Assembly: GCA_964252035.1 (NCBI GenBank) | Contig: OZ176215.1 | DNA from: Podarcis erhardii | Lineage: Eukaryota | DNA length: 64,000 bases | Reading direction: 5' to 3' (one strand) | Part shown: positions 1 to 12,768 of the stretch, piece after piece | Numbering within the stretch: position 1 is the stretch's first letter | Layout of the letters: the number at the start of each line of letters is the position of its first letter | Program-made: the position numbers and the translations under genes | The notes under the pieces: generated by a model | The model's database searches: none | Seen by the model: only the letters and a program-made list of their open reading frames with translations | What the model was told of the DNA's origin: nothing

Positions 1-1099
1 TGTTTAAGGATACACGTGCTGGATGCATGTTCAAACACACAACTGTGGCACCCAGAAGGAAGGGGAAAGCAATTTGTACAATGACTTTTTCCATTGGGAG
101 AAGTGGGGCATAAATTTAACAATGCATTTTCAGAGTCTTCTCTATCCTGGTGGACTTCAGATAATTTGGACTGCAACTCCCATCAGCCCCAGTCCTGAGT
201 TGTACTCCAGAACGTCTGGAGGGCACCTGGTTGGAGAAACTGCATGATGATTCATAATAGTAGAGGCGGTAGCAGCAACATTGCACTATCATTACATCTC
301 TGTGGTTGGAGGAACTTTTGGCCTGCCAGGTGCTGCAGAACTACAACTCCCATCAGCCCTAGCAGCCTTATGCAATGGCCAGGGATGATGGGACTGTAGT
401 TCACACCTGGCAGGCCAAAGACTGCCCACACCTGTTGTATGGGGTACTGGGGTAGGAAGGAATTGAGAGGCTCTTGCCATGAGGTGGCTACAGTCAAGAA
501 AATGGGTATCAACAGAGGCAGGGGATAGGAAGGGGATGGAAACAATATATTGTTGCAGTTACATGTCATTAGGTTTAGGAATAGTAAGCAACATGTTTTG
601 GGGGTGGGGAGAGAATATAAGCCAGGGGTTCTCACACATTTCCCCCATAGATCCCTTCAAAATTTCAGAGGGTCTTGGCAGCCCACTTATTTTTTTCTGC
701 CTGTTGTAATGCAAGGTTCTTAATTAATTAATCCATTACAGTATTATTAATGTTCTGTGTTTTAATGTCATAAGCCATCCTGTCATCTTCCGGTGAAGGG
801 TGGTATATAATTTTAATAATAATGTGCCGTGTTAGATGCTGTATGGTTTTTAATTGCTTCTCTTATTTCTTATATTTTGTCTTTAATGATATAGTATTCC
901 ACAGAAGTCAAAACAGTACGATTTAAAACTATATTTTTATCGCTTCTGGAATTAAAATGAAAGATAAGGTAGACAATAAAAGGATAATTCTAAGTATTTA
1001 ACGAGATGGACCTACCACCTGAATGAGAGCCGCAGTTTGGGAGCGCCTGACAGAAATAAAGCCTTATTTATTAACAGGTCTCTCTATCTGCCTTGTAGG

Positions 1100-1620
1100 C
1101 CCAGACCTGAGCGTAGTAGCGAGGGTGGGGTCTGTGCCTCCTGCAATACCGTCTCCCGGCCATTAGGCGGGAGGAGTCCTTACGGCGACGCTTAAGCTGT
1201 CTCCTTTGGTTTCCTCTCTGGCCTCCACTCTATGGTAGCGTCCTCGCTCCCCCCTTTCCAGGAGTCATGGGTGGAGCGTGATGACAACAGAAAGGCGGGG
1301 GTAACTCTCGCACTCCGCACGAGCCCCCCTGCCGGGCTTTTGTTAGAAGTCTCGCGAGAACCTGTGCTTTGGGCGCATGCGCCGTGCCACAGGCCTGAGG
1401 AGAGCCGTCCGTGAGGCACCACTGCCGCCGGCACCGCCATCATGAGCACGACGTTGGCCAAAATCGCCGAGATAGAGGCCGAGGTAACCCAACCAGCGGC
1501 GACTGAAAGGCTCCTCGGCTCTCCCTGTGGGGCCCCAACCAGCGGCTCCGCCCCGCCCAACTGGGCTGTGGAGGAGTCGTGGGCGCGGCTCAGTAGAGCC
1601 TCCGTGCACTGCGGCAGTCT
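1100..1620 (+). promoter_or_regulatory. CpG-island promoter of DRG1
   Basis: CpG-rich stretch around the start codon. It contains the TCTCGCGAGA palindrome (BANP/ZBTB33-type) at 1350-1359, the NRF1 palindrome GCGCATGCGC at 1373-1382, and the context gccatcATG at 1442. Confidence 0.8.
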
Positions 1621-4600
1621 ATCTGCTGGGGGTCAACAATGCGGGAGGCTGGTAGAAGCTTGCTGGACTGAGGTCGAATAGTATTCATTACCCCCATCCT
1701 GGTGCTTTCCAGATGTTCCTGGAGTGCAGCTCCCATCCATATCGCTGAGCATTGCCGTGTTGGCTGATGGGATTCGGAGTCCCCAGCAGTACCTGGGAGA
1801 CACCATGTTGGGCAAGGCTGGAGCCCAGGGGAGGGAGATACATTGGTACCTCGGGTTAAGTACAGTGGTACCTCGGGTTACATATGCTTCAGGTTACAGA
1901 CTCAGCTAACCCAGAAATATTACCTCAGGTTAAGAACTTTGCTTCAGGATGAGAACAGAAATCGTGCTCCGGCGGTGCGGCGGTAGCAGGTGGCCCCATT
2001 AGCTAAAGTGGTGCTTCAGGTTAAGAACAGACCTCCGGAACGAATTAAGTACTTAATCCGAAGTACCACTGTACTTAATTCGTTCCGGAGGTCTGTTCTT
2101 AACCTGAAACTGATCTTAACCTGAAGCACCACTTTAGCTAATGGGGCCTCCTGCTGCTGCCACGCCACCGGAGCACGATTTCTGTTCTGCAACTCCCATC
2201 ATCCCTAGCTAGCAGGACCGGCAGTCAGGGATGATGGGAATTGTAGTCCAACAACAGCTGGGGATCCAAGTTTGAGAAACGCTGGGCCTTAGACAGACCC
2301 AAGGAGGAGACAGCAGAGGAGGGATCTGTCCCAGCTATAGGCTGCAACCACTAGTAGTTAAGGCTGAAAGTGTGCAGCTCACACAGTGTCACCCAGGAAG
2401 CTTCGTGGCCAAGCTAGGATTTGAACCTGGATCATCCTAGTTCTAGACCAATCCTCAGGAAAACAATAATTGTCTGAAAAGTGGGATTAAAGTGCAGCAA
2501 ATAAACATTTGACCCCTATCTTCCACAACACTGTTGGGTTTGAGCTCTGATTTAAGTTAAGCCTTGAAAATGCCACCCTTCCTTCTGCCTTTGTCCGAGT
2601 TTCCTACAGAGTAGAAACAACCCTCTGTAGTTCTTCTGATGGGACAGATACTCTTCCTGTCTCCCTTGCATGACTTGCAGACAACTCCTCACTCCTTTAA
2701 ATCTCTTCTGTGGCAGGGAAGAGTGACCTATGCCCTTCAATGTAATATGCAAAACCTTGGAACAAGGTTGGTGTCACCAATCTTTCCCATAAAAGTCCTG
2801 GCCTTGTGCAGCCCTCCCTGATCTTTGTTTTCCCCCCACTCCACAGATGGCCCGCACGCAGAAGAATAAGGCCACAGCTCACCATCTGGGGCTGTTGAAG
2901 GCACGTCTGGCCAAACTGCGCCGAGAGCTCATCACCCCGAAGGGAGGTGGAGGGGGTGGTCCAGGAGAAGGTATGCACAGTATTCCAAAAGGATGGAAAT
3001 GAGTGGCTCAATCCTCAAGTTGAAGTTGGAGATGGAGCTGTTTTCCTCTCGTTAGTAGAAAAAAGAATATACAAAATACACCAAAAATATGTGCACTTGC
3101 TTTGGAAATTATACATAATTTTTATTATTTAAGATGCTGACTGTAAACTGCTGAAGTAGTGACTAGGAAGAGTAGTGACTGGTTTGAGTACTTCTTCCTA
3201 CTGTTCCCCCATGCATGTTTATTCAGATGTTGAACACCTGAAGGTGGCTTATAGTTCAGGATTATATGTACACTTGATGTCATGTGCTTTCCTTCCCCTC
3301 TCCTCCTCTGGTGATGTAATACAGATTTTGCTTCAGTTTTCAGTTTGCCACAGTTGCACACTGTGTCTGAACCCTAAACCAAACATAACTGTGTGTGAAT
3401 CCTAAACATAGTTAGTCTTAACTATGGTTTATTGTTGAATTCTTCATAAACCATAGTTGGCTTGTTTCAGTAAACTATTGCTGAGAGTAACCCCAGTTTG
3501 GACATAAGACTAAACTTTGGTTTGTTAAAAACAGAAGCAAATGTTTCTGATCTCCTTGCAGCCATATTTGATCAGGAGTTGGGCTGGTGGGAAGTTGCAG
3601 GGATTTAAAGTCTTCGCATGTAATGCTAAACCATATGCCAGTGTAGCATCTGATTGGGACCTGTATTTATTACGGATGAGCAACACTTTGAGGCTCTGAC
3701 ACTTAAATAAAACCTGTTAATAAATCCTATGGGCAGATAACAATATTTCTCTGCTAGGATACCAAATCTATCTCAGGCTGAAGGTATCATCCAAGGGGGC
3801 TCAGCCTGGCTTGCTGAGATGACTCTTCTCTGGCTTTCTCCAGAGGTCTTCTCCCCTCCCTTTTCATGCTCCAACTTCCTGGAGGGGCCTGGCACAACGA
3901 AGGGGCAAGTGTAGCCCATCTCTTCTGTAGCCTGTCAGTAACAGTACTGATTTCTGCATTGAAGGTTTTGATGTTGCAAAGACTGGCGATGCCCGAATTG
4001 GTTTTGTGGGCTTCCCATCCGTGGGGAAATCCACTTTGCTGAGCAACCTTGCTGGAGTCTACTCGGAGGTCGCTGCCTATGAGTTCACCACGCTGACCAC
4101 GGTGCCTGGTGTGATTCGATACAAAGGAGCAAAAATACAGGTGAGCTCTCTAGATCTGGGGTGGGAGTGTATGTGAAGGATGAAGTGTATGAAGGGCCAT
4201 TTTTTTCCAGTACATTTCTGGTCTAGGTGGGGAGATTTTTTTCCTTTTGTTTAATTAGAGCTCAGTCTGTACATAAAAGTGGATCTGCTTATTACGATGG
4301 TATCAGCTGACTTTTCCGAAGTCAAGCCCTCTAGCATAGTATATTCTAGCTATACCAGGAACAGCTTAACAGGATGCCCTCCAGGGATTGTGAACTATAA
4401 CTCCTATCAGCCTGAGCCAGCATGGTGAGTGGTAAGGGGAGTGAGTGGTAAGGGGTGATGGGAGTTGTAACCTAACAAAAAATTTCTAGAGGGCACCATG
4501 ATGGCCACTCCTGATCTACACTGTTTGGCAGCAGATCTTCTGGAGATACTTATGATGGTATCATGTTTGTCATTAGATGTACAGGCACAAAGGGTGACAA

Positions 4601-7600
4601 ATATATAAGTTAGCGTTAAATGGCAGCGGAATGCAAAAGTACAGTCTCTGACACTTCAATTAGAGCTTAAATGTAGGCAAAACAGAGCAGTAGTAATTGG
4701 TGACAGACTTCCTCAGCAAAGCTAAGATTATTGTGTTATTTCCTGTCATGGGACAGGAAACTTTTGCCTCTATTCAGACTCAGGTGAATGAAGCTGATCA
4801 ATATTGTTAAAATGATTCTGCTGGTGGATTCTGGCTTGCTGATTTCTATATAATGGGTTTCTTTCCTCTTCCTTAAACCCTACAGCTTCTGGATCTTCCA
4901 GGAATTATTGAAGGTGCAAAAGACGGGAAGGGTCGTGGTCGCCAGGTCATTGCAGGTGAGGTTGCTGCTCCAGTATCAGAAATCCTTCTCTGCCCTATCC
5001 GTCCTTTTGTGCTTTTGGGAGGGAGGAATCTTTACAGATATCTATCTTGTCATTTGATATGTTTTGTCCACTGTGTTGTATTTTGTGAATGTTTCGTCTC
5101 CATAGAAAGTAGAGGTTTGACTCTTTCCAGCTTCCTTTGCTTGCACCTAGAATCATAGAATCATAGAGTTGGAAGAGACCACAAGAGCCATCGAGTCCAA
5201 CCCCCTGCCAAGCAGGAAACACCATCAGAGCACTCCTGATATATGGTTGTCAAGCCTCTGCTTAAAGACCTCCAAAGGAGACCCCACCACACTCCTTGGC
5301 AGCAAATTCCACTGTCGAACAGCTCTTACTGTCAGGAAGTTCTTCCTAATGTTTAGGTGGAATCTTCTTTCTTGTAGTTTGGAACCATTGCTCCGTGTCC
5401 GCTTCTCTAGAGCAGCAGAAAACAACCTGATTTAAAGAGCACACTTTATAAGGCATTCTGGCTTGGAGAAGCAGATTGCAAAACAGGACCGAGAAGTGCT
5501 TGGCACAGGATGCAACTCTTTCTTTCCAACCTCTTTGAAGAGGCAGAGCAAGCGTTTTTTTCAATCCTCTTCTTTCTTTTCTTTCTTCTCAGTTGCTCGA
5601 ACCTGCAACCTTATTCTGATAGTCCTGGATGTCCTGAAGCCCCTGGGACATAAGAAGATAATTGAGAATGAGCTTGAGGGCTTTGGGATCCGACTGAACA
5701 GCAAACCTCCCAACATTGGCTTTAAGAAGAAGGACAAAGGAGGCATCAATCTCACAGCCACCGTAAGCAGGCCTGGGCAGAAAGTGTGCACGCCTCCTGC
5801 CTTGTCACTGTGACAAGGAGAGAGTTCTTTGGATAATCTGAATGCTCCTCTGACTGTGCCTGGGTAGTTTTGGAAGAGAGCTATTTATTTAATTACATTT
5901 ATCTGGGGACAGTCTTTGCTGATCTGGGCGAGGATCCCATGTCTAATGGGGTCTCGCTTTGACATAGATTTATTTGTGAGAACAGTAAGAGACTTTTCCT
6001 TGTTGCAATGGAAAGGGAAGTATGCTGTGGCATTAGCTGCTGGAATATGGCTAGTTGTACAGAGATGAGAGTCTCATCTGTTGCTCTACCCATTTTTGCC
6101 TCTGGCTCTGCCCATCACTGACATGAAGCCCTCTGGCTGAGAAAGGTTCCTGTCTGATGGTCTGAAAGGTTCCTGTCTGATAGGATTTTCAGATCTGTAG
6201 AGCTGGGACTTACTAATTTGGTTACCACAAGAAAAGAACGGAAGCTTCTTCAAATAGCTCTAATGGAATAATAACAAACCCAAATCTGCTGGGTTCTCCA
6301 GAGTTACTTACCTCCTAAATATCTTTTGTTCTTCCATTAGTGCCCACAGAGTGAGCTGGATACTGAAACTGTGAAGAGCATCTTGGCGGAGTATAAAATT
6401 CACAATGCTGATGTCACACTGCGTAGCGATGTTACTGCAGACGACCTCATCGATGTGGTTGAAGGAAACAGGTAGTGTGGTGAGGCTTGTGAATCAGACT
6501 GGTTGAAGAGGTTTACTAGGCTGTTGGGGTTGCTTATACTGTGTCGCAGATGCCTTTCAAATTCTTCAGGGAATCAAAATCCAGTGTGCGTTTTATATTG
6601 TGCAAAGCAAGCACTTTTATCAATATGAATGCAGACTGTTTGGGATGTGCTGGGGGGTTGTGTTGTGGGTTTTGTACTTTTGGAAATCCACTCTTGAGGA
6701 GGGTCTGATTTGTGAGGAGGCCGCCTGCCCTCCCACTCAATTCCAGTAGCAAGGAGCTGTGTAATTGCTCTTATAACTGCTGAAAGGTGTGGAATAGTTT
6801 TCTCGATGGAAGACCAAGAGTGCAGGATGGTCTTCTTTGTTTTGGAACACTGGAACAAGTGCCAAATCTTTGTGGACACATGTGGGCATAGTAGTTTGGA
6901 TGTACATAATCTTAAGGGCTTATTCCAAAATACACCTGTCTTGTAACCACGATCATTCAGGAGGGACAGTAGAGAGTAATCACTGTTTTTTTAAAAAATA
7001 AATGTGTGTTGTCGGTGATAATTTATTCACTCTTACAGAGTTTACATCCCATGCATTTACGTGCTGAACAAAATTGACCAGATCTCCCTTGAGGAACTAG
7101 ACATAATTTACAAAGTGCCTCACTGTGTTCCAATCTCTGCTCACCACCGGTGGAACTTTGATGACCTCTTGGAGAAGATCTGGGACTACCTAAAACTTGT
7201 GCGAATGTGAGTCAAGTGTTTTGCATTGTCCAGGCTGAAAGCATCTCTGGTTCCCATTCACTTGGAAATCTGCAGCTGCATTCCTTCCCCACTGTCCTGG
7301 TTTGAGCTGGTTGACTTGCAGGCTGGTCTTTGAAGTTTGCTTCTCTTCCTGCTTTCTTGCTGTAGTCATGTTCTGTCCCATGGTGCCACATGTAAGCCCT
7401 AAAATAGCTTTGGACAGTTGTAAACAAAACCTTTGTACAATTTGGCATCATTGCAGTTTTCTATGACAGGATAAATGTGGTAGGTAGGGTGATGCCTTCA
7501 GTAAACAGAATGGCCATTCATCGGGAATGGAGGGAATGGTGGAGGACAACACATGAGCCACTCTGGACTTTAAGGGCATGTTTCAGTGCAAAAAAAATGA

Positions 7601-10316
7601 TAACTTTATGCACATTGAAAATTGGCCTGACATTGAGAAGAGTAGGTTAGGATCTTTCTCTGTTCTCTGTGTGCTGGGAATTTTTTTAAATTTTTTTTTT
7701 TGGGGGGGGGTACAGGTGAGGGTTTCTTTGTGCTATCCCACCACTTGAATTCTGAAGCACTACAGTTCAGACACAAGGATTTATCTCATCTGTTTTCTGT
7801 TGCTGCAAAGCAGCCTTCTCCATCCTTGTTGGAAAACCTAGAGAGCCAGTGTGGTGTAGTGGTTAAGAGTGGTAGACTCGTAATCTGGTGAACCAGGTTT
7901 GATTCCCCGCTCTTCCACATGCAGCTGCTGGGTGACCTTGGGCTAGTCACACTTCTTTGAAGTCTCTCAGCCTCACTCACCTCACAGAGTGTTTGTTGTG
8001 GGGGAGGAAGGGAAAGGAGAATGTTAGCTGCTTTGATACTCCTTCGAGTAGTGATAAAGCAGGATATCAAATCCAAACTCTTGTGCTCTCCAGCTGTTTA
8101 GGGCAGCAGCCCTAGCCAGCAGCTAGGGATTATGGGAGTTGGAAATCTGAAAACATCTGGATGGCACCAGGTTGGAGAAAAGTATTCTAGAGAGTATGAC
8201 CTGAACCAGTGGGTTCAAAGTTCAAGAAAGAATTTCGATAAAACAGTAGAACTTTATGTCAGCACAAGTTATTTGGAACAGCTTGCGTTAATGGAGATGG
8301 GGGACTCCCCTGCCCTGGAGCTTTTAAGCAGAGGCAGGCTGGCTGGCTTCCTATCAGGGATGCTGCAGTAGTGGGTGTCCTGCATTAGAAGAGTGTTGGG
8401 CAAGATGACCTCTGTAGTCGGTTCCAGCTCTATAATTCTGCAAACTATTACACACTCCTCCTTTCTGCCAAAGGAGCCCAAATGTGGCAAACACACAAAT
8501 AATAAAGGCAATTAAAAACATTTGAAAACAATTTTAATATAGCTGCAAACTGGGAGAGATCTCTTTTTAAAAGGCTTGTTGGAAAAGGAAGGTTTTTGAG
8601 AGGCACCAAAAAGACAATGGAGATGGCCCCTTCTTAGTATTCAAGGCGACGGAGGCCTTAGATGATGAATCTTTGCCCCGGGTAGAAGGCAAACCTTGTT
8701 TGAAATGTATCTGTGTTTTAACGTGCTGTAGCATCTCCTTTTGATGACTCTAAATTTAAATTGCAGTTACACAAAGCCCAAAGGGCAGCTACCAGATTAC
8801 AGCTCTCCCGTAGTCTTGCCTTACTCTCGGACCACAGTGGAGGATTTCTGCATGAAGATCCACAAAAACCTGATTAAAGAGTTTAAGTAGTAAGTACGGC
8901 CTACAAAGCAGCCAATTTTGCTCCCGCAGTCCTTGTAATGTCACAGCACCAGGCGACAAAAACATCAACTCAGGCTTCCTTTCAAATAGAAAATGACTAG
9001 GCATTGGGAGGTTCAGCATTTCTGTGGGAAATTAACTGTAGTCTTTTGTCTGATCGTTTTTCTATTCTCCTTGTAGCCTTAGACAGCCTCAAAAGCACTG
9101 GGTCACAAATACATGGCTTTTCGATATGATACAATAACTTTATTTCATTCAGTTTTGCAAAAAAACCCCAAGCCTTTGAAGGATATTTCTCATAGTACTA
9201 TCACTGTGATGGAACAACTTGTACTTTGTAATTGAAAAGTGTATCAAAGGGCAGGGAAGCCATTGCAGCAGAAGGGAAGATAACAGTTCTTCGTAGTGGA
9301 AGATAAGTTGCCCTACGGAACCAGAAAATAGATTGTTACAATGACATGCTACATGGGGCTACCTCAAATACTGTTTGGAAGCTCAAGCTCATCGGTAGGC
9401 AAACTAAGGCCCGGGCACCGGATCCGGCCCAATCGTCTTCTAAATCCGGCCCGCGGACAGTCCGGGAATCAGTGTGTTTTTACAGGAGTAGAATGTGTGC
9501 ATTTATTTAAAATGCATCTCTGGGTTATTTGTGGGGCATAAGAATTCGTTCATTTCCCCCCCAAAAAATATAGTCCGGCCCCTCACAAGGTCTGAGGGAC
9601 AGTGGACAGGCCCCCTGCTGAAAATGTTTGCTGTCCCCTGCTCTAGCTGCTACTGGGCTCTGGAGTGGCATGCAAAATCCAAATCATATTATTCTCTGTG
9701 AACTGCTGTGGCTGCCTATTCTGAGCAAGGTTTTGATACCGACTTACAGGGTTCCAAAAATAGCTGAGTTGCTTGATGCTTGATGGGGCACATCTGTTGG
9801 TATCTCCCAGGCCACCAGTTGAGATCTTTGGAGTAGGCTTCTGTCATTTTGGGCGAAGGAAGCCTGTGCAGGGCGTCCTTGAATTTATGAAATTTCCTGT
9901 TAGTAAAGATGTGTCAGGTGTCATTATCACTTGTTTTGTCATTTCCTGAAGGTAGGCTGATCATGTCTGTATTATCTTACTGTTGCTTTGTAGTGGTTTT
10001 TTAATAGCCAAAATTCTTTTATAAGTCTTTTGTTTGCTGCTTGTTTTATATTTTATTTGTGAGGCACTCAAGAGAATTAAAGAATAGCGGCCAAGAGAGA
10101 TTAGTGAGATTCTCTGACCTGTAGAGAGTATCCGAATTTCTGGGGAAGCCTCACTGCTGCTGATCTATATAAACTGTGGAAGTGTAGTATCTCAATTAAA
10201 CACTTTTCTTTTTCAGTGCACTTGTGTGGGGCTCATCGGTCAAGCACAACCCACAGAAAGTTGGGAAGGATCATACCATGGAGGATGAAGATGTCATTCA
10301 GATAGTGAAGAAATAA
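1442..10316 (+). CDS. DRG1: Developmentally regulated GTP-binding protein 1 (OBG-family GTPase with TGS domain), 9 coding exons, 367 aa
   Basis: Exons 1442-1483, 2847-2970, 3965-4140, 4886-4955, 5593-5762, 6341-6471, 7039-7206, 8767-8889, 10217-10316 (1104 nt), all GT-AG with consistent phases. Translation [14 protein letters not shown]|[32 protein letters not shown]...GFPSVGKS (G1)...DLPG (G3)...NKID (G4)...[16 protein letters not shown] is nearly identical to vertebrate DRG1 as I recall it. Confidence 0.98.
1841..2187. mobile_element. Tc1/mariner-type MITE (outer copy, 3' truncated) containing a second copy of the same family (inner 1863-2071)
   Basis: The inner copy has CAGTGGTACCTC...GAAGTACCACTG termini flanked by TA/TA. 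The outer halves (1841-1862 and 2074-2187) rejoin to match the start of the intact copy at 52905. Confidence 0.85.
5149..5428 (-). mobile_element. CR1 LINE 3' fragment
   Basis: Minus-strand frame [53 protein letters not shown] is the typical CR1 ORF2 C-terminus. It ends in the (ATTCTATG)n tail, seen as tagaatcatagaatcatag on the plus strand. Confidence 0.9.
7841..8082 (+). mobile_element. tRNA-derived SINE, Squam3/MIR-like
   Basis: Starts GAGAGCCAGTGTGGTGTAGTGGTTAAGAG (A box), followed by a GGTTTGATTCCCC B box, the CORE-like ctgggtgaccttgggc..ctctcagcc..cctcacag segment and an L2-like 3' end. Confidence 0.8.
8300..8440 (+). mobile_element. Degenerate CR1 3' end
   Basis: ggactcccctgccctggagcttttaagcagagg...gatgacctct...ttccagctctataattct resembles the CR1 3' terminus. 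Confidence 0.55.
9390..9640. mobile_element. hAT-type MITE
   Basis: Termini catcggtaggcaaact...aaatgtttgctgtcccctg, with an 8-bp TSD ctcaagct/ctctagct (7/8). Same family, in opposite orientation, as 32826-33115. Confidence 0.8.
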
Positions 10317-10764
10317 AAAGCTCTACTGGGCAATTAGTCATGACTCCTTCTCCTCAGTGACTGTTCAGAAGCTTGTTCTATTTGCCGGATGGTTGAATGT
10401 GTGTGTGCTCATTCCTATCTTAATCCTTCTAGGAAAGTCAGGGGTATTAGCCATGGGAGCAATGAAAATCTGTTTGCTGTGTGAGGCCTTGGTCTCTATT
10501 GCTGTTTTGACTGACTGCACAGCCTCACACTAGGGCGGGGGGAAGCCAACCTGCAGCTCCTCGCCACCCACAGCTAAGACTGTAGCTCCAAGCAGCCAGC
10601 CTGGCAAGAGGGAGGCACAGCCCAGCAGCTGGAGGTCCACAGCTTCCCCATCCTTGCTGTAGTGTAGATAAAACACACAAGGAAGAAAATGTGTAAGCCT
10701 TCTGCTTTGCTTTGTGCATGAGGGGCATACAAAAGTAGCATTCTTGTCATTATATGCTTGTGTA

Positions 10765-10770
10765 AATAAA
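10765..10770 (+). terminator. Probable DRG1 polyadenylation signal
   Basis: AATAAA within TGTAAATAAA, about 450 nt after the DRG1 stop codon. Confidence 0.55.
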
Positions 10771-11675
10771 GCATGCAGATAAAAACTTGAATATTAATTC
10801 CAGAATGGTGCTCATGCCTAGAACCTAAACACAGTGTATGCCTATAACAAGCTTTTGCGAGTATGGGTTAAGAGCTTTGCTTTTTTCCACCTCACTCTTC
10901 CCCCAGGGATTTTAAGACTGGCACCTCTCATTGCTGTTTGAAATACCTAGAAATGTTTTCTTCAAGCTTTTCCAAAATTGACACAGCTTTGTACAAAAGG
11001 CGTCTCTGGTATACCAGTGATGATAAACAGCTGCCTATAGAAAAACCCACACATCACGTGTGTGCAGGAGCCCATTCCTGCTCCCCACTGAATGTGGCAT
11101 TTAGATACAAGAGTTGCCCTGATGGTGGTGGAGGTAGAATTTAACTATCAAGATTAGACAGCCAGAAATAACCTTATCCTCACCCCAGCTGCTAGATGCG
11201 AATGGCATAATTTATCTGCATTATGTGAAGTTATTCCTTTCTCACTGCCTAGCATCAGTGGATGACCCCTACTTCCTCTAGTGTTTATACAGTAGTATCT
11301 TTCTTTAGTGCCCAAAAAACTCAGCTGTGCCTTTCAATAAAAAGTTTCTATTCCCTTGTTGCCACCAGGTGGAATAGTGATTATTCAAAGTGAAATGCGA
11401 GACAATCTTAACATGGGTGGTTAGGAGAGGAGCAGGACCCTTGTTTCTAGCTGCTTCCATGTAGTTTAAGGGGTCAATGCCTATAGCACACAACAGGATT
11501 AATTATAGAGTATTAGTTTTGAGGTGTCTGCCAAGATTAAGCTAACACCAGGTGCATTAACACCCCATTAGGTAGTCCAAGCCCAAGCTCCATTAGAAAC
11601 TTCTAAAGCTGCTACTGAGAACTGCTGCTCAGCCCATTCACAAGCATCTTGCAATCCACACATTTTGCCACCTTA

Positions 11676-11985
11676 AAGGTAAAGGGACCCCTGACTCTGG
11701 GGTTGCGGCGCTCATCTTGCTTTACTGGCCGAGGGAGCTGGCGTACAGCTTCCGGGTCATGTGGCCAGCATGACTAAGCCGCTTCTGGCGAACCAGAACA
11801 GCGCACGGAAATGCTGTTTACCTTCCTGTCGGAGCGGTACCTATTTATCTACTTGTACTGTGTGCTTTCAAACTGCTAGGTTGACAGGAGCTGGGACCGA
11901 AAAACAGGAGCTCACCCCGTCACGGGGATTCGAACCGCCAACCTTCTGATCAGCAAGCCCTAAGCTCTCTGGTTTAATTCACAGC
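11676..11985 (-). mobile_element. Sauria SINE (5'-trimmed, internally deleted)
   Basis: Reverse complement of the family at 22771, with a tRNA-like head (ggcggttcgaatcccc) and an (acctt)n tail. Flanked by the 9-bp duplication gccacctta (11667-11675 and 11986-11994). Confidence 0.85.
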
Positions 11986-12045
11986 GCCACCTTACATGAC
12001 AGGAATTCCTGTGACACATCTAACTCACTAACTCCCAATACATTA

Positions 12046-12228
12046 CAGTGGTACCTCGGGTTACAGACGCTTCAGGTTGCAGACTCTGCTAACCCAGAAA
12101 TAGTACCTCAGGTTAAGAACTTTGCTTCAGGATGAGAACAGAAAACCCACGACGGCAGCAGGAGGCCCCATTAGCTAAAGTGGTACCTCAGGTTAAGAAC
12201 AGCTTCAGGTTAACCTGAGGTACCACTC
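12046..12228. mobile_element. Tc1/mariner MITE, internally deleted
   Basis: TA-CAGTGGTACCTC...GAGGTACCACTC-TA. Confidence 0.85.
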
Positions 12229-12762
12229 TACTCATATGCCAAGTTTCCAATACTGTGCAAGTTGAGGGAGAGCCAAAAGGGCAAACCTTGCAACTAGATT
12301 AATTTTATTTAAGTAAGTTTTCCTTACAATGCAGCAGCTTGTGAGACTCTCCAAACCCTTTCAAAAACTGAAAGTTGGCCCCAAATGAAATACTAAACAG
12401 GGTGGGAAATCTTACAAACCTTTACTATTTACCAAGCTGCAGGTTTCTCATTTTCTAGTTTCTTTCGGAATTCCCAATTAAGCTGCTGAAATTAGTATGT
12501 TTAAGCAGCTGACAGCTGAAATAAGCCAGCTGTGCAGTAAAGCCAGGACAAGTTCACTCATCCATTGTTGAGGAATTATGAGCAAAGCTGCTACAGTCAG
12601 ACAGAACCTGAAATTCAGTCCTCAAATCTGATTTAGATTACACATTAAAAGCCAAATTAAAGATGGAAACAGTAGCATAACAGGCAACTGATACAAAGAA
12701 GCAAAGTCCACTCACTTTCAACATCCTTTTACATAGCGAGACAAACAGCTCATAGAATTGAC

Positions 12763-12768
12763 TTTATT
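12763..12768 (-). terminator. Candidate distal polyadenylation signal of EIF4ENIF1
   Basis: AATAAA on the minus strand within TGTAAATAAA. Confidence 0.4.

Noticed and set aside
6141-6181. Short direct repeats (gaaaggttcctgtctgat x2; others near 3156-3180, 4424-4455 and 47188-47213) as CRISPR-like or regulatory arrays
   Set aside because: These are two-copy slippage duplications in vertebrate introns with no spacer array or associated genes.
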